NCBI GenBank assembly: GCA_000934665.2
Contig: KZ538758.1
Coordinates: forward strand, 1 to 49,385
Direction: 5' to 3'
DNA: 49,385 nucleotides
DNA from: Catajapyx aquilonaris
Taxonomy: Eukaryota
Below are positions 35,761 to 49,385 of the stretch, piece by piece. The notes beneath the pieces were generated by a model. That model was not told the origin of the DNA. It was given only the letters and a program-made list of their open reading frames with translations, and made no database searches. The position numbers were made by a program, and so were the translations under genes. Numbering within the stretch: the first letter of the stretch is position 1; each line of letters begins with the position of its first letter.

Positions 35761-38354
35761 TACGTATAATTAATCTACCAATAAAAGTGCACGGACCCCA
35801 TTTCCCCTTGCATTAATAATTTTACTATCAATCTTTATTGATATGAGCACTATCCTCACCCATGATCCTCACAGACGAACCCCCACGTCACGACCCGTCA
35901 CACTGGTATCGACTCCCCAAAGTCCCATACCTGGTCGTTACGACGCTGTCCTCCACCCCCTGAAGCAAGTTGCTCATTAAACACCTCGTTGTTTTCCAAA
36001 GTGCATGGCTATTCACGGGCGCTGCATCCGCTCTTGAATGGCCGCATTCGGCCTGCACTTGCAGCTCTTTTCCCCCTACCCCACCTCACACCGATTACAC
36101 CACTCTGCCCGCTAATTTCCGCTACAGGGGCTTGGCAAAATGAGCAGCCTGGATGCCACTTGTAACTTGCAACTAGTTCTAACTGCCATGCAAGTTTCTG
36201 CAGGCTCATCACCCCGAGGACACCCACTGCTCTCTACCGAGGAAAAAAAGATTCAGTGGAACACAAAAATGGCGGGTGTGCCTCAATTACAGTGTTCGAC
36301 ACCTTGTTCATTAGCAAAACGTCGGAGGGGAAAAAAAAACAGAAGATGGCTAGCCTCACGTTGGCCTTCTCTCAGTACGTGACTTTTCATCCTGCACTCT
36401 CTCAGCACCGAAAAGACGCCCTCTTCACACGTGCTGCCAGCCCCCATCACGTGCCTCCATTAATCCAACAGCCTCCGGGCCCGGAAAGAAGCAGAAGAGG
36501 TTCCAAGCCAGAAAAAAAAAGAAACTAGCCCGTTTCATCTGGCCACCTTGGCGCCATTACACCTTTCTAATGGGGGTCCCCACCCACACGACCAAACAAC
36601 GAACGTTTTCTAAGCGATTTTCTTCCACTTTGGGCGCAATTGCGGTTGGGGACTCTGATTATTCCCAGGCCTGGAATTGAAACAATCGTAAACCCTAGAG
36701 TTTCGATGACACCGTGTAATGAAGACAACCCCATCCAACCTAGGCAATGTTTAGGGACTTCAATCCCATCGGTATAGTAATCAGGGAGCAGCACCGAACT
36801 AATTAAAGGCATAATTAGGCCATTTCTCAGATCGGCCTGACACTATACCCCTCTGGAAGCTCCTCGGAATTAATCTCCGAAAGTGCACGGGAAAGCAGCT
36901 TTGGACTTAGAGAGGACTCGGGGAAAAAATAATAATGGAGTGAATCTTTTGCTGACTCTGGCAACACTTTTCCTTATCGACTCTGCAATGTTTAGATGAC
37001 TCCTACACCGAGGGGTAGAAGAATAATGCTCATAACTTGAAAATCAATTCAGACAACAATACATTCATAAAAATTTCCATAATGTGTAGGCTATGTAGGA
37101 GCAATTTAAACTGATCTCAATCTTGTAATTTCAGAGCTGAAAAATTATTCGCGAGTAATCTAACGCATCTGCGTATTACAAACTCGTGACGCCATTGTGT
37201 AGTTTATAAAATAAGACGTAAGTTTAGCAAAAGCTAAGGCCGCGATATTGTCACGGCTCATATTGTTCTCCCCTTTTTTTTGGAGTTAACCTGAAATTTT
37301 TACTTGACTAGAAGTACCCGGTGGGGAAACTTACGACGTCGTTGATGCTATCAGTCGAGCAGGACCTGAGAAGCTGGAAGCACACGTACCGCACGGCCAA
37401 GAATTATTAGCGGCACGTAAACAGCGTTTATCTAGGCTCGATTATTTCCCGGAAGCTGCACACACCGATTACGATAAGAAAGTTTTTTTAAAAAAATATC
37501 TCTCTCCATTTCTAGAGTATTTTTTGGGTCCTACTTTTTCGAGACCATCAAGATGCATTCAAGGGTTCAATCTCTGCCCCCATTGAGGTCATCCTAGCAT
37601 GACCACGCACCTCATCTGAACTCGTGCATCCTTGGCCAGATGCATCAGCACACACCTTTACATTACGTCACCATTTTCTGCATCACCCCCCAAGGCCTTG
37701 CAAGCACGACACCCGCCAAATAGACGAAACCATGCATTTTTTTTTTCAGTAAATATTCCCCAGGCATTGTGTTAGCGCTAGCAGCCTACGCTCTGGACTA
37801 AAAGGTTATGCAGTTGACTTGGAAACTATTACTCTTCGCCCGTGCAAGTTAGTCAAAGGGATTACAACCCGCATATAAATGGGCTCATTTGGGAAAACGC
37901 GGGGTAAAAAAAAACACACACACACGAGTCGCGACTTTTAGCGCAATAATCATGGAACAACAACAGCCAGCCAGTTGACGAACGATTTGCATGTCCCGGG
38001 GTTTGAACTTTCATAGCTCGAAAATTGGCCGCCATCTTTCTTCGGCTCCGGAACGCGATTAGGAGAAGGAGGAGGAGGGCAGGAAATTCTTGGCACGATT
38101 GCCGTGCATGGGCAATGCGCAAACCCGGATGTTCTCCATTCCCGCCAATCGATGCCAAAATCAGGCTCGCTTATTTACGACTAAATGCTAATGAAAAAAA
38201 ACAAAAAAACAACAACATCTAAGATCAAAATTATGCTGTCACGACGTCTCTGGAACTTGTTTTGTGTGGATGCCCTTTGAAACTCAGGGGTCTGATCTCG
38301 ATAAGGCGGTCCTGAGCCAAGGTTGGCCTCCGGAAATTCTTGCAAATTTTTGTG

Positions 38355-38640
38355 CATAAAAATTATTGCTCATTAAAATTAATTTCTGCTCGTCAGAAAT
38401 TAATTTCTGTTCACGAAAATTAATATTTTGATACTAAAAATAATATTTCGATATTAAAATTAAAAATTTCGATATTAGAATTAAAAAATTATATGAAAAT
38501 TAATGTTCGCATATGAAATATAATTTGGTGCATTACAAATAATTTATTGCTTTAAAATTAATTTGTGTATTAGAATTGATTGTTAGTGTGTATTACGATA
38601 ATTTCATATAGGTACAAATTAATTAGTGCGTATAAGTAAA
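38355..38640. repeat. Degenerate AT-rich minisatellite, period about 19-20 bp
   Basis: Recurring AAATTAATTT / AAATAATTT units at roughly 20-bp spacing. Confidence 0.6.
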
Positions 38641-41600
38641 ATCTGACGATAAAATTCAACTTGGCGTCAAATTCCAAGGGTGCCAAAATGTTTGCCTCAT
38701 TATGCCATTGTTTCGACTTGGAAGCAACGTAACGAATTGGAACGCGCTGACGCATCAGCCAAGCACTGCGTGCGAGAGAAAAAAAAAATCCAACGCAGAT
38801 CTGCTCGCACGGTACGCCTCATTTGAATGGAATGGACTAAAGGAGCAGCACTAATCGAGTCTGACTCTGATGTCGGATAAGCGTAAAAAACTAATGCTTT
38901 TCAAAGGGAGCATACCGAAGTGTCGCACAATCTATTTCCTCGGCGATGTTCCTTTTCGCCCCCCGTGTGTGTGTGCACCAGGCAGCTAACAAATTACATT
39001 CCGCGCAGGTGCGTGCACGTGATTTACCACAAATGCGACGGAAATAGCGAGCAAAAATTCCGCTGCTGGTATTTTTTTTGTACTGGATTATCGCATCGAG
39101 GGTTACAATTCATCGGATGTCGCGGACGTCTTTGAATAAACACAAGGGTGCGAAACATACGTTGTAATGTAAGGAATGCAGGCAATGTGGGCATATTTTC
39201 ATATTTCGCGGAACCACACACCCACACACACACGCGTCCTTTTATGATGCTGCTTTTGGCCTCCTGGGCTTGAGCGGAGGTTTTATGATGGGTGACTTTA
39301 AATTATGGCCATGATTTATGGCGCTCGTGAGGATATTTTACTTTTGCAGCATCATTGCACTGGCCGTGACCTCCACGAATTCTAAATAAAATGTACCGGT
39401 GCAGCATAGATCTTGAGTGTGTCTAGTATGACTCGAAGTTGTGATGAATGTGTCACATACATGCGTCCCCATTCAATAATAACTACAGCAACATAGCGAC
39501 TGAATAAGAGGACAATGCTTTAGACAAGAACTTATTGTGTAACACGTTCATAAACTTGGGAACAACATTGGTACCGTCGAGTATTTCATAACAAGTTAAC
39601 GGATGGCATCATAAAAACACAAAACAAAACAACAAGGCCAGTTCCTCTCTCCGCCTTTTGTTTATAAGGCGATAACTATTACAAAATTATCATAATAGTA
39701 CCATCTCATTCTTGATTTGTGGCGGGGTCATTACTAAACCCAAGTTACAAGAAATAAGTTACCTAAAGGCTGTAAATTTTACAGGACATGTTTCTCAAAC
39801 CTATGCGCATTTAGGTGTTTATGAAATACATTTATGGAAATTTATTATTGGGGTAAAAAGCAACAATAATTTCTGTCAAGACAGCAAGAATCACAGTTAC
39901 TTTCCATCACATCCTTGGAATTAATGTACCATGCCAGAGTACAGTGCATTATGCACACATAGCTGGATTGATCGCAATGCCCTGGCACATGAGGAATGTC
40001 AACTCAGCACGACTTTTATGACGACATTCACACAGCACATGTGGTGATCGACCCGTACAGAAAACGCGCGTTAACAAATTATTCAAGGATGTAATACTTA
40101 TTCTAGAAAATCTCCCGGAATCATGCATTAGAGTCTTCACTTCACGCTGCGTTACCCACGACGCAAAACGCGCACATCGGGTAGTAACCCATTTTTACAT
40201 CAGTTGGGCGTTTCCCTCGTTATGCATCATGCCCTCCTCTTACAAGTGCCAACTAACTTGGGGAGCCCACGTCGTAAAATCGCACGCCACAGGTTATTGG
40301 AACCACCATTCCCGTCTGGCCAAGTTTCCCACACAAAAAAGGGCATCCTTTGTGCACCCACTGATTGAATGATAATATTGCTGTTTTCGGCTCAATCGGC
40401 AAATATTTTGATGGCTTGCAAATGGCATTCACATATGTTTCGCTCACACGTGGCCAGTCTGATGAGCGACGATTGGTTTCAATTTTGACGATTCACTTGT
40501 TATTGGCACATGAGTGTGGCTAACCGATTCATACACCAAATTACGTCTGTTCTACCATTTTTTCCCCCCCAAGTTGGAAACAGCGATATTTTGATATAAG
40601 CGATATTTTCTTTATGATCGATGTTTTAAATTTTTTAAATGATATATCGATGATTTAACTGGAAAATTGTTATATCGAAATTTTAAATATTTGCCATATC
40701 GATGTTCGATATGAAAATGTCCATATCGGCACAGCCGCAACCCGAGATATGGCTGGCTATCTTCAGACGCCTTATCTCGTGGGTGTTTCCGCTCAAGACG
40801 CACGTGTTACAGCCAGGAAAAGTGCGCCGTTAGTCCGTCACAAAATCAAGCAATGACACTGCGCACATAATACACCTGTGCCACGATTATAGGCCATCAA
40901 ACCCTAAACTCTCTAGTCCCACGGGAAGAATATTTTTCCGCTCTACTCAGCCGCGGCTGGTAATGGCCAAGAATAATTATCGCAACAATTCAGCTCCTCA
41001 AGATGACGCAACACCACCCCGGAACTCCGGGTGCCAACCAAGTAATTTCAAATTAGCTTTACGATAATGTGTTTTTTTGTGTGCACCAAATAGAAATTGC
41101 GCGTCATCTACCCCCACGAATACCACGATGCAAGTGTATTTTACCCCTTTTTTTCTGACAACCCCCCAAGTAACGCGAGTCTGGCAACTTTTCCGTTCGC
41201 TTCACTACCACAATGCATATCCTATTAGCGCTGCCAGTGTGGCGTAAATCAGCCCACCCTCCCCCACTAGCCCTGGTAATTATGAGACGCTTCGTATAAT
41301 TCCTTTGCACGAGCGGCAAAGTAGCTCTGCCAGGAGCAGCATTCCTGGTTGAAAATGTAAGCAAAACCTGACAAAAATTGCAGGTAATGTTGAGGTAAAT
41401 CATTGTCGACAGAAGCAGAATCCTCCCCTGCTGGGCTTTCCTAGTTGACAAAGCAAAGTCATCCGCAATCACCGTCGTCTGCCAGGCATAACGAGGAAAA
41501 CCTGGCTTGGCAGGTCCACCCAAACTTTCCCTAATGATACTATGGTACAGAATAGTGTCCTCCTGCCACCCCGCTGCTTATTATCCGGCCTGGGGAACAC

Positions 41601-44502
41601 AAACAAAACGTTTGGTATAGTTGGGAGCCATTTTGTTTTCCTGACCCACATGGTGACTCACTGTCTGCGCAATCGCCTAAAAATGTCACCACTCTCAAAG
41701 GGTCAAGCAGAAAATGACACGGAAATGGCATGGCCACTAATGACGTGCGATTTCCTGACATTCCACTGACCTTTTTCTAACACCACTCGAGATAAGTGTA
41801 TTTTTATGCCCCCCTTCTCCCTGAGACCCGACGCCGCCGGTGGAAAAATATTTCCCTTATCGGCATACTTTGCCACGGAATGTGATCGTCCTTAACAACT
41901 CCTGGCCACCGGAATCTGTTTTCTTGCCTAACCAGCCAATTACATGTCTATATCATTCTCAGGCACGCAGCCTGATCCTGGAAATATCTCATGATTTTTC
42001 CACCAGCACAACCCGAATATTAATAAATTAAAATATATAGGGACCACCCCCATTGACTCATTACTCATCATCCGCAAGAGTTACATATAGCAGTGGTGAG
42101 TCAATGTTACGCACTTGAGGGGGCTGTGATTGAAGAGCGTTTCGCCATATGCGGTAAAGTTACGACTCCTGCAACACCAGATGAGACATCTTGGTTACGA
42201 AAAAAACAAGTTGCAGGAGTGAAGAGCTCCTATTTAACCAGTGATTGAGCAACACTCCAAATAAGGTCCAAGTGCCACTCCTGTGACGCCCCAACTGCTC
42301 TGGATAGGATGACAAAGCTGGGTATAAGCTTTGCAAAGGGGGGGGGGGGGTACGCACATTCCCTTATCTGGTACTTAATAGGCAGTCAAGGTCATGCAAA
42401 TAGACGCCGACAGATTTTAGCATATATTGACAGCTTCCTCGTGTAATCAATTAACCCCGTTTTATGCAGATTAGAGCGCAAAAAAAATCGAGGGGGTCTG
42501 CAAATCTGCGCGGTTACAATGCAGCCAAAGGTCACGAAGGTCTAGGCGTGTGTTTGTTTGCGAACCTCGGGCAAGGTCAAACCGTTCACGAACGAGTTCA
42601 CGGCTAAACGGCGCCTCAAAACGTCGCGGAATATTAATTTCTCCTATATTGCAGACCCATTCCTATATAAACCGGATTTTACCCACCAGCAGCTACGGAC
42701 ACGTACTCCATTTTCCTTCTCAGGACCCCTAGAAATTTCAGCAGNNNNACCCCCCCCCCCCCCCCCAACTTCATAAATCATCTTTGGCATCCAGGCCTGC
42801 AATGCTGAATACACCTGTCAAAATCCTTTATTAGTCCACCGGGTCCATCGCACGTGCCGTCTGCACCTCTCCAATCAATCACATGCTGACCGTCGTACAC
42901 CTGTACCCTCCCAATTTTTTTTCGCGCAAAACACCAGAAAAAGAGAGAGCGTGTTCACATAAATGCGAAGGGCGTGCCTCCATTCGGCAGACATCTGCTG
43001 GCATAAAACACTGGGCTTATCGCACCCCATTTTTTTTAAAGCGAACTTTCTGTACCACAAGCAGGTGTACTCGTGCAAATATTTGTGCAATTTCAAATTT
43101 TTATACAATTTGTATTTTAAAAATCTGCAAAATTGTGGCGAAACTATTTTAATAGACACGTTATATTTCCATCAATGTCCAAAAATTTCATAGAAAGAAA
43201 CCTCGATTCATCGTTTTTGTCGGAACAAAAACAACGATGGATCCGGGTAAACGATACATCCGGGAACGATAGATCGCGGTTTCACTGTATATTGTTGCCC
43301 AAATATTAGCATAAGCGTTTCCTTATATAGAATGTTCGAAAAAAAATGGTAAGGGCCGGTTTTTCTTGCCAAACATTTTTCTAGCTAACACATAACGGAA
43401 AGCTGGTGTACTTATGCAAATATTTGGTATCTCGAGCGTGGTTCATTCCACTAGTCCCAGCCAGTATACCATCCAATTTGGCAATGCCTAATGATCTAAA
43501 TACGATCAGAACAGTCGGTGCCTTAGGCGCACAAATTCGGTTCCAAAACCGGAGTTACCGGTTGAATCAACCCGAGTGTATAACCTCAACCTCTTGGCCC
43601 TCCCAAACATGGCCGAATCAAACTGCACTTTTCTAGTCACACTCCACTGATTTCAAATGCCCATTAACAGCTTCCTTCTTGCTCATACCTTCCCTATGCA
43701 CTTACATAATAGTCTCCCAACACCTCCCGTCTCATTCCAATTCATCAGACCTTCACCCAGCCATTGGAATGGGCGTTGCCTTTGTTAGGCTCTTTATGGG
43801 TAAAAAAAAGAAACCTAAAAAAAAGATCAGCAGCCGCCAGACTGCTTTTGGCCTGTCTTTTTTTTTCTTTGAAGTCTATTCACACTGCTGGCACACATAT
43901 CCCAACAAGGTGTGCCCAAATCATTCTCCCCGCCGCCCCTGGTCATTCACACGCACTGCCAAAACGGGCCACCTTACATGGCACAAAGAAGCGCGTAATT
44001 GGACTTTACGAGCGACGCGTAATTCTTGGGAGTAGAACAAACGGCCTACAAAACACTTGAGCAATTAGGCCTAATTGTCGGCCGCCTTTCCCAGTATTTA
44101 AAAAGGGGATAAAGCCAAATCTAGATGGCATGTGTGGGGAGGATAAATCTGTTAGGTTTTTTTTGGCGATTTTTTTGTGCTTCAGGCTTGGCAACAGGTC
44201 TCTTTTTTAGTGCAAATTCCATTTGTGCCAATCCTGATGGGGGCTATCTTTACAGCCTGCTGTATTCGCAACACTAAAACGTGCGTTCCGTCCGCATTAC
44301 ATCAGTCCGGACGTGCTTATTGCATTCCCAGAAACGGCCAGTTCCCTTCAATAACAGCCCTTTTTCGGGAGAAAAAAATAGCCGCTCTTCTTTTAACGAC
44401 CGACCTCGTTTTTTAAAACAAAAAAAAACGTATGTGCACATGTTTATCGGGAGATAAAGTGTCAATCGCACCGGGCGCAGGTATGCAAGCGCGCAAGCTC
44501 AC

Positions 44503-44578
44503 CTGCTTCGGCGCACACCAACACTCCGAACACGAGGACCACCAGTGACCACCTGAACATGATTGGGCTTCGTCCCAT
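44503..44578 (-). CDS. CRIM1: CRIM1-like gene, coding part of putative exon 1 (signal peptide MGRSPIMFRWSLVVLVFGVLVCAEA)
   Basis: In-frame ATGs at 44578 and 44560, a hydrophobic core and an A-E-A cleavage motif. It ends at a strong phase-1 donor GCAG|gtgagc, compatible with the phase-1 acceptor at 20583, and sits downstream of an Inr+DPE promoter. Linkage to the downstream exons is inferred. Confidence 0.7.
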
Positions 44579-44691
44579 GTGACCAGTCGAAACGGAGATT
44601 CAGCAACGTCGACAACCGACCATGCTATCACATCGTGCGTTCCGCTTTGAAAACCCGCGCTCAAAAAATTGGCCAGACCACACCACCGGTC

Positions 44692-44731
44692 GGTCTTCCC
44701 ACAGGAACCTCTGGCGCTCGACTGAGACTGA
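44692..44731 (-). promoter_or_regulatory. Inr + DPE core promoter, predicted TSS about 44723
   Basis: Two tandem TCAGTC motifs (Drosophila-type Inr TCAKTY). With A+1 at 44723, AGACC (DPE consensus RGWYV) falls exactly at +28..+32 and G at +24. No TATA box seen, and the surroundings are GC/CpG-rich. Confidence 0.65.
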
Positions 44732-47700
44732 GTGAGAGCGGCCACTCACAGGGTACCAAACACAGGGACTCCCCCGGCCACACCACCGACTCCCTGCACC
44801 CCCTCAACTCAGCCATCCTGAAAAGCCGGCAACCCGTCATACCAAGTTGCCAAGAGTTCCCATCTGAAGTGGTATGTCGGTACAAGAAATGTAGTATGAC
44901 TGGTCTGTTCACAGTCTATCAGATGCGGTGTCTTCTAAGGCGGGCAAACTTCCGGATTGTGTATGGACATTACTGCATGATTCTAGAAATAGAAATGGCG
45001 GGTGGGCGACGAAATTTGGGCTGGCAACATCCCAGCTTCAAGCCCTGGCCCAGATTGGACTCCCTCGCCACTTGACAACATGAAGGACTCAGCTGATGGC
45101 GAAGGCCCGTGCCAGCCAGGTCGCATGTCTGCCACCGCCACGCACTTTTTTGACAAGATTGTCCCATCGCGGTGGGGGTGGTTGCTAGAGGCGAGACATC
45201 TTTCAGGACCCATGTCTGGATGACACGTAGCATTGTAACGCTCCTGGATCCTTGATTGCACCGTCGGATATTGACAGCCTTTCATTTTTGGGGGCCTTAA
45301 TCAAACACCTGTCAACACTGATGAGTCACACACAGTCTGGCTCAGCATGGGTTGTTTTCGAGTGGCTGGCCTAACAGAATCCGATCTGCCGTATCGGATG
45401 ATATGTGATCCTAGATTCTGTAACCAGACTCTAAGCATAAGCACGTTCCTGCCAGAATAACATGTCTAATGATCTCACGCGATTGGAACCCTTTTTGGGC
45501 TGATGATTCTGCGTAGTTTTTGCATCGCATGCATATGCATACCGAAATTCATAGTTTTTCTTTGTTAGTGCAGCCTTGTTCTGATACAGCAAACACTGCT
45601 TGTACTTGGCATTCCTTTGATTCTATTGCCAGGGAGTATGAGAATGCAAGGTGCGCAGCGTGGTAGAGTATGCGCTTCCAAGGAAAAAAAAATGTCTGTG
45701 AGGACAATGCCTGTCCAAAGGTGAGACACAATCAGTTGCAGTGAAAAACAAGGCGCGGGGAGGGTTGCCAATAGGTACAGGATACGGTTTTGACACTACA
45801 CAGTGGACATTCCAATTATATCAGGCTATAAAATAGGGCTAGAAAAATGTTAAAACCTGCACTAAAACAGCAATATCTACCTTACACGTGTTTGCTCTGA
45901 TCCCGAAGAAAGAAACGTTGCTCTCTATTTTTCCTACATAAAACTCGCATATCAGTTTTTTCAGCAATTATCTGCCTAACCTCCATGTTACAATTTTTTT
46001 TGTACCTGTTACTTTCCAGTTTTGTAAGACAGGAAGCGGTTTGGTCAGTTGTAAATTTCTCCTGAAAAAATCCAGCACTGTGCCCAGGATACATAATTTA
46101 CCACTCAAATTCCTGACCGCTAACAACTGCACACCAATCCATCATGAGAAAAAGAAAAAAAAAAACAGTCATTCGAAGGGAGGGCAAAGCAACTCTGGCA
46201 CTCAATCCGAGAAGTCATGCCCAAGACATCCTGACGCCCTTACCAAGGCCAACTACAGCATTAGACGCTCGACGACGCTCGGTGACGTCTTGCCTTTCTC
46301 TTAGCCCCAGCCCGAAGGGACGTGTCTTACCAACCCTAGTCTCTTGGCCAATTTATGCCATACCTGGTTATGACGCCATCACCTTTCCTCTTTCCGGCAC
46401 GGGGACGAACTGTCAACCATTCCTGAATATCTTGGCTGTTTTGTGCAACCTTGGAACTTGGAACTCGTCGCTTCGACCAGGGCAAGCAGTGGAATTTATA
46501 AGATCATGACGTTATGTGTCAGTCCTGCTTATGAGGGGTTCGGTAGAATAACCTATACCGGACCAAAAATGTAGTCAGCGTTGCTATATTTGGCGTCTGC
46601 TTACACAAAAGCGCTTTTAATAGCCATATCCGCCCCCTGCTTTGATTTTTTTCATGTTAGACAAGAAGCTCTGTATGAGCTAGGGTGCTACAAGGGCAGC
46701 CGTACAGTACAGTCTGGTATTGTAGGAGGAACAATCTATGAGATAAGGAAATTACGGTGCTTCAATCCTGGAGGGTAAACACAAGCCGTTTCATGGGGAC
46801 CGGAGCCAACAAAAAAAATAAATGGCTGCAATATTTTCTGACAACACCATAAACTACGTAGTTTTGGTAATAATTCCATATTAAACCTAATTAAGAATGT
46901 AGTAATACTGATAAAAATTAGGTTATGTTAGGGCCGGTCTAAGTGAATTGATAATAATAATTATTAGAAGAGTGTAAATGATATTTGCATCATTTTAATG
47001 AAATGAATCATGATGTATTTTCAGACAATTAAAGGTAAATACGGACTCATTATTTAATTAATACCTCTTACAGTAATAGTTCACAAATGGCATTATTTTA
47101 TACGCTGAAAATGTCGATGGCATCGGTTGGATCGTTAATGCAACAAAGCTATATATATAGTCTACCTGCGCGTTGTGCTGTCCTAATTTACCATTCACAA
47201 TGTAATTGAAATAAAATGAATTTAACACATCACGCACCAGTGCGGACACATTGTTCTAAAAGTGTGCCTGTCCTGTTAATTTCGTGTTCCTTCGTTCCTT
47301 GCCGGCTAATTTTAATTGAGCAACTACTCTATAGTTGATTTAGGAGGGTTTGTCTGAATTATAGAGAAAATGATAAGTTAATTTGTAGTTTTCCTAAATC
47401 CATGTGAATTAATGGAAGACAATTAATGCTGATTATCCCAATTACCAGAGACGGCTACTACACGTCCGTGCACGTCGCATGAGTTTCGGAATGGACAAGG
47501 TGCTCCTGGCAATTCTATTCTCGATTGCGCACAATTTGAAACAAAATAACTTAGTGGACCATGTAAAATAGTAGTTGTCCTAGACCTACAGATCAGCTCT
47601 CTTGCTAACATGATTTCCGAATGGAGAAGTGAGAAGCGGTGCAGTTCAAGTGCGAGTCATTGCAGTTTATAAACTCCATAAACCGCATGGTACTCGATCA

Positions 47701-48973
47701 GCACCATACAGCAGTGAAACCAAGAGTGAAACATTGAAACAATTACAGTACCAGCAGTATTCACGAACAAAGCCATTGTTATCTCAATTGTTACTCGACA
47801 AAGTCACTTGCCATTCTGCATATGGCATGTTAAATAACCCGTGGTTGGGCATTCAGTTCCGGTTGCACCAGCCTCACACGCAGGCACATATACACGCCCC
47901 CCCCCCCCNCCCCCCCCCACACACACACACACACGTGCTGCCTTCACCGAAGGGGGAAATGAAGTTAAAAGGGTAAGTTTCTCAGGCGGGGGGCTTGTCG
48001 GAACCGTACCAAACAACCACTTAGCTGCGAGGAAGTGGAACGAGAGACAATCACGTTTGCCTTTGGAGGACCGTAATTGGCTTAGTCTATTTGGTTGCCC
48101 CTTGCTGCGGGGCCTTATTGCTAGTTCATCCTCAGAGCCAAGGAAGAACTCTGCCTGCTCGTCCTTTGAATGCATGATCGCCTTTCACTACACTCTTTAC
48201 CCTGGTCCTTTTTCACTTATTATGAGGCCGTCCATTTCATAAACACTCTCATAATATTTACGAAAATTTCAACTTCACAGAAACTTGGCGGTGTTTCCTT
48301 CACACTGTATCGTTGTCGCCTAACCCATCTGCACGTCACTTTGGACCGATGAAAACTTGAGGAGTTCCAAGGGCTTCCCCTGACGAGGACCGTTTCACGC
48401 CGGCTTCGCTAAAACAATTAATTTCAAAATAATTGCTGCAGGTAAAGCTATCAACTCAACAGCGTGAGGTAATACAGTACGTCTCTTGCAAGCTGCTCTA
48501 CATAACGGCGATAGTTTCCTGACGCATCAGTTTAAACAAAATCGGCATTAATCGTCGCGAACCACATTAGGCAGCTTATGGGCCAGGCCACATCATGGCG
48601 CAATGGACCTCGGACCACCCCCGGTGCCCATACCCCGTAAACTTACGAAGCGAGAGGGACGATATCGCAAATAAGTCCAGATTAAAGCGCGTGAATCTCA
48701 AGACCCTCATAAAGAAGCAGGGCAAAAGAAGGAGGGAAAGGAGAAACGATCCCTTTTACGAGACACATCGTAAATCCCTGGGTAGAAGCCACACTTTACA
48801 TTGTACGAGAACAATGGACACCGAGATAATCAAGCAGAACGGCGGGTCGTTGAGCTGCACATTTACCTCGGTGATGTCCCTGCTTCTCACAATCTTCGTT
48901 CCGAAAGGGGGAGAGGTAGGGGGGATCCGATTAAAACAAGGACGTCTTTTCAGGTGAAGCCGACGAAATAGCG

Positions 48974-49385
48974 TGTGGTGGAATCCGGATCCTGACCCGG
49001 ATTCTCAGCCAGCTCGTCTAGACCGCTGATCCTCAACCAGGATGTACTGTACCCTTCAACCGGAGCGTTAGCGCCCCCCCCCCCACCCCCATTTTCTGTA
49101 TTTAAGCAGCACCTGAAAATAAACACCGGCCAGTCTTCCTTCAGCTCTGACTTTGATTACAACACGCTAAACTGGTGACCCCGCCGTTCATCACGCAGCG
49201 TCATGGAAGAGCCTACCGCGGTTGCCACTGTCTCGATCAAGATCCCGCCGTTCTGGCCGGCTGACCCTGAGCTGTGGTTTGCACAAGGGGAAGCGCAATT
49301 TTCCACTCGCTCCGTGACCTCCCAGAAGACCAAGTTCGACCACGTCACGGCCTGCCTGGCCCCAGAAGTCGCGACGGAGGTTCGA
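48974..49385 (+). mobile_element. 5' end of a Ty3/Gypsy LTR retrotransposon: LTR (about 48974-49170), PBS and gag start, truncated by the window edge
   Basis: Putative LTR starts TGTGG and contains TATTTAA and AATAAA. The PBS TGGTGACCCCG at 49173 is complementary to the tRNA-Trp 3' end, as in CsRn1/Kabuki-type elements. LTR limits are approximate. Confidence 0.8.
49203..49385 (+). CDS. gag: Gypsy gag N-terminus, partial ([48 protein letters not shown]...)
   Basis: Characteristic [26 protein letters not shown] motif, 30 nt after the PBS start, open to the window end. Confidence 0.85.
   Translation, partial: MEEPTAVATVSIKIPPFWPADPELWFAQGEAQFSTRSVTSQKTKFDHVTACLAPEVATEVR

Noticed and set aside
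41824..41838. GGCGGC-N5-GTCT on the minus strand, matching the Mad/Medea (Smad1/4) composite site GRCGNC-N5-GTCT in the first intron of a BMP modulator
   Set aside because: A rough base-composition estimate gives about 0.3-0.4 chance matches in a window this size. A single site without conservation data is not evidence.
44563..45075. 170-aa plus-strand ORF across the CRIM1 promoter, and the other 60-140 aa ORFs of the track
   Set aside because: No recognisable domains, many begin at GTG/TTG, and they are expected by chance or are shadows of real exons or the IR gene.
1..49385. Prokaryotic-type systems (CRISPR arrays, operons, rRNA)
   Set aside because: No regularly spaced repeat-spacer array, operon or rRNA similarity seen; the window is eukaryotic exon-intron DNA.

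Overview
Animal genomic DNA, most likely an arthropod or other protostome. It is intron-rich, carries an ionotropic-receptor gene and has Inr/DPE-type promoter motifs. Most of the window is the 5' half of a minus-strand CRIM1-like (cysteine-rich motor neuron 1) BMP-modulator gene. I can place a signal-peptide first exon behind an Inr+DPE core promoter (TSS about 44723), then a Cys-rich repeat exon, two VWC exons, an antistasin-repeat exon and a linker exon. All are joined by phase-1 introns, and the gene continues past the left edge. Its 23.9-kb first intron holds an intact, intronless, same-strand divergent ionotropic receptor (IR) gene with its own TATA promoter, and a consensus recursive-splicing (AG|GT ratchet) site. 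One intron appears to use a GC donor, and the IGFBP domain typical of CRIM1 was not found. The rest is intronic or intergenic DNA containing MITEs (hAT, Tc1/mariner, piggyBac-like), a tRNA-derived SINE family with swapped 3' tails, two tRNA-like cloverleafs, and the 5' LTR/PBS/gag start of a Ty3/Gypsy element at the right edge. Almost all short ORFs in the supplied track are spurious. Homology calls come from motif recognition by eye, not from database searches.
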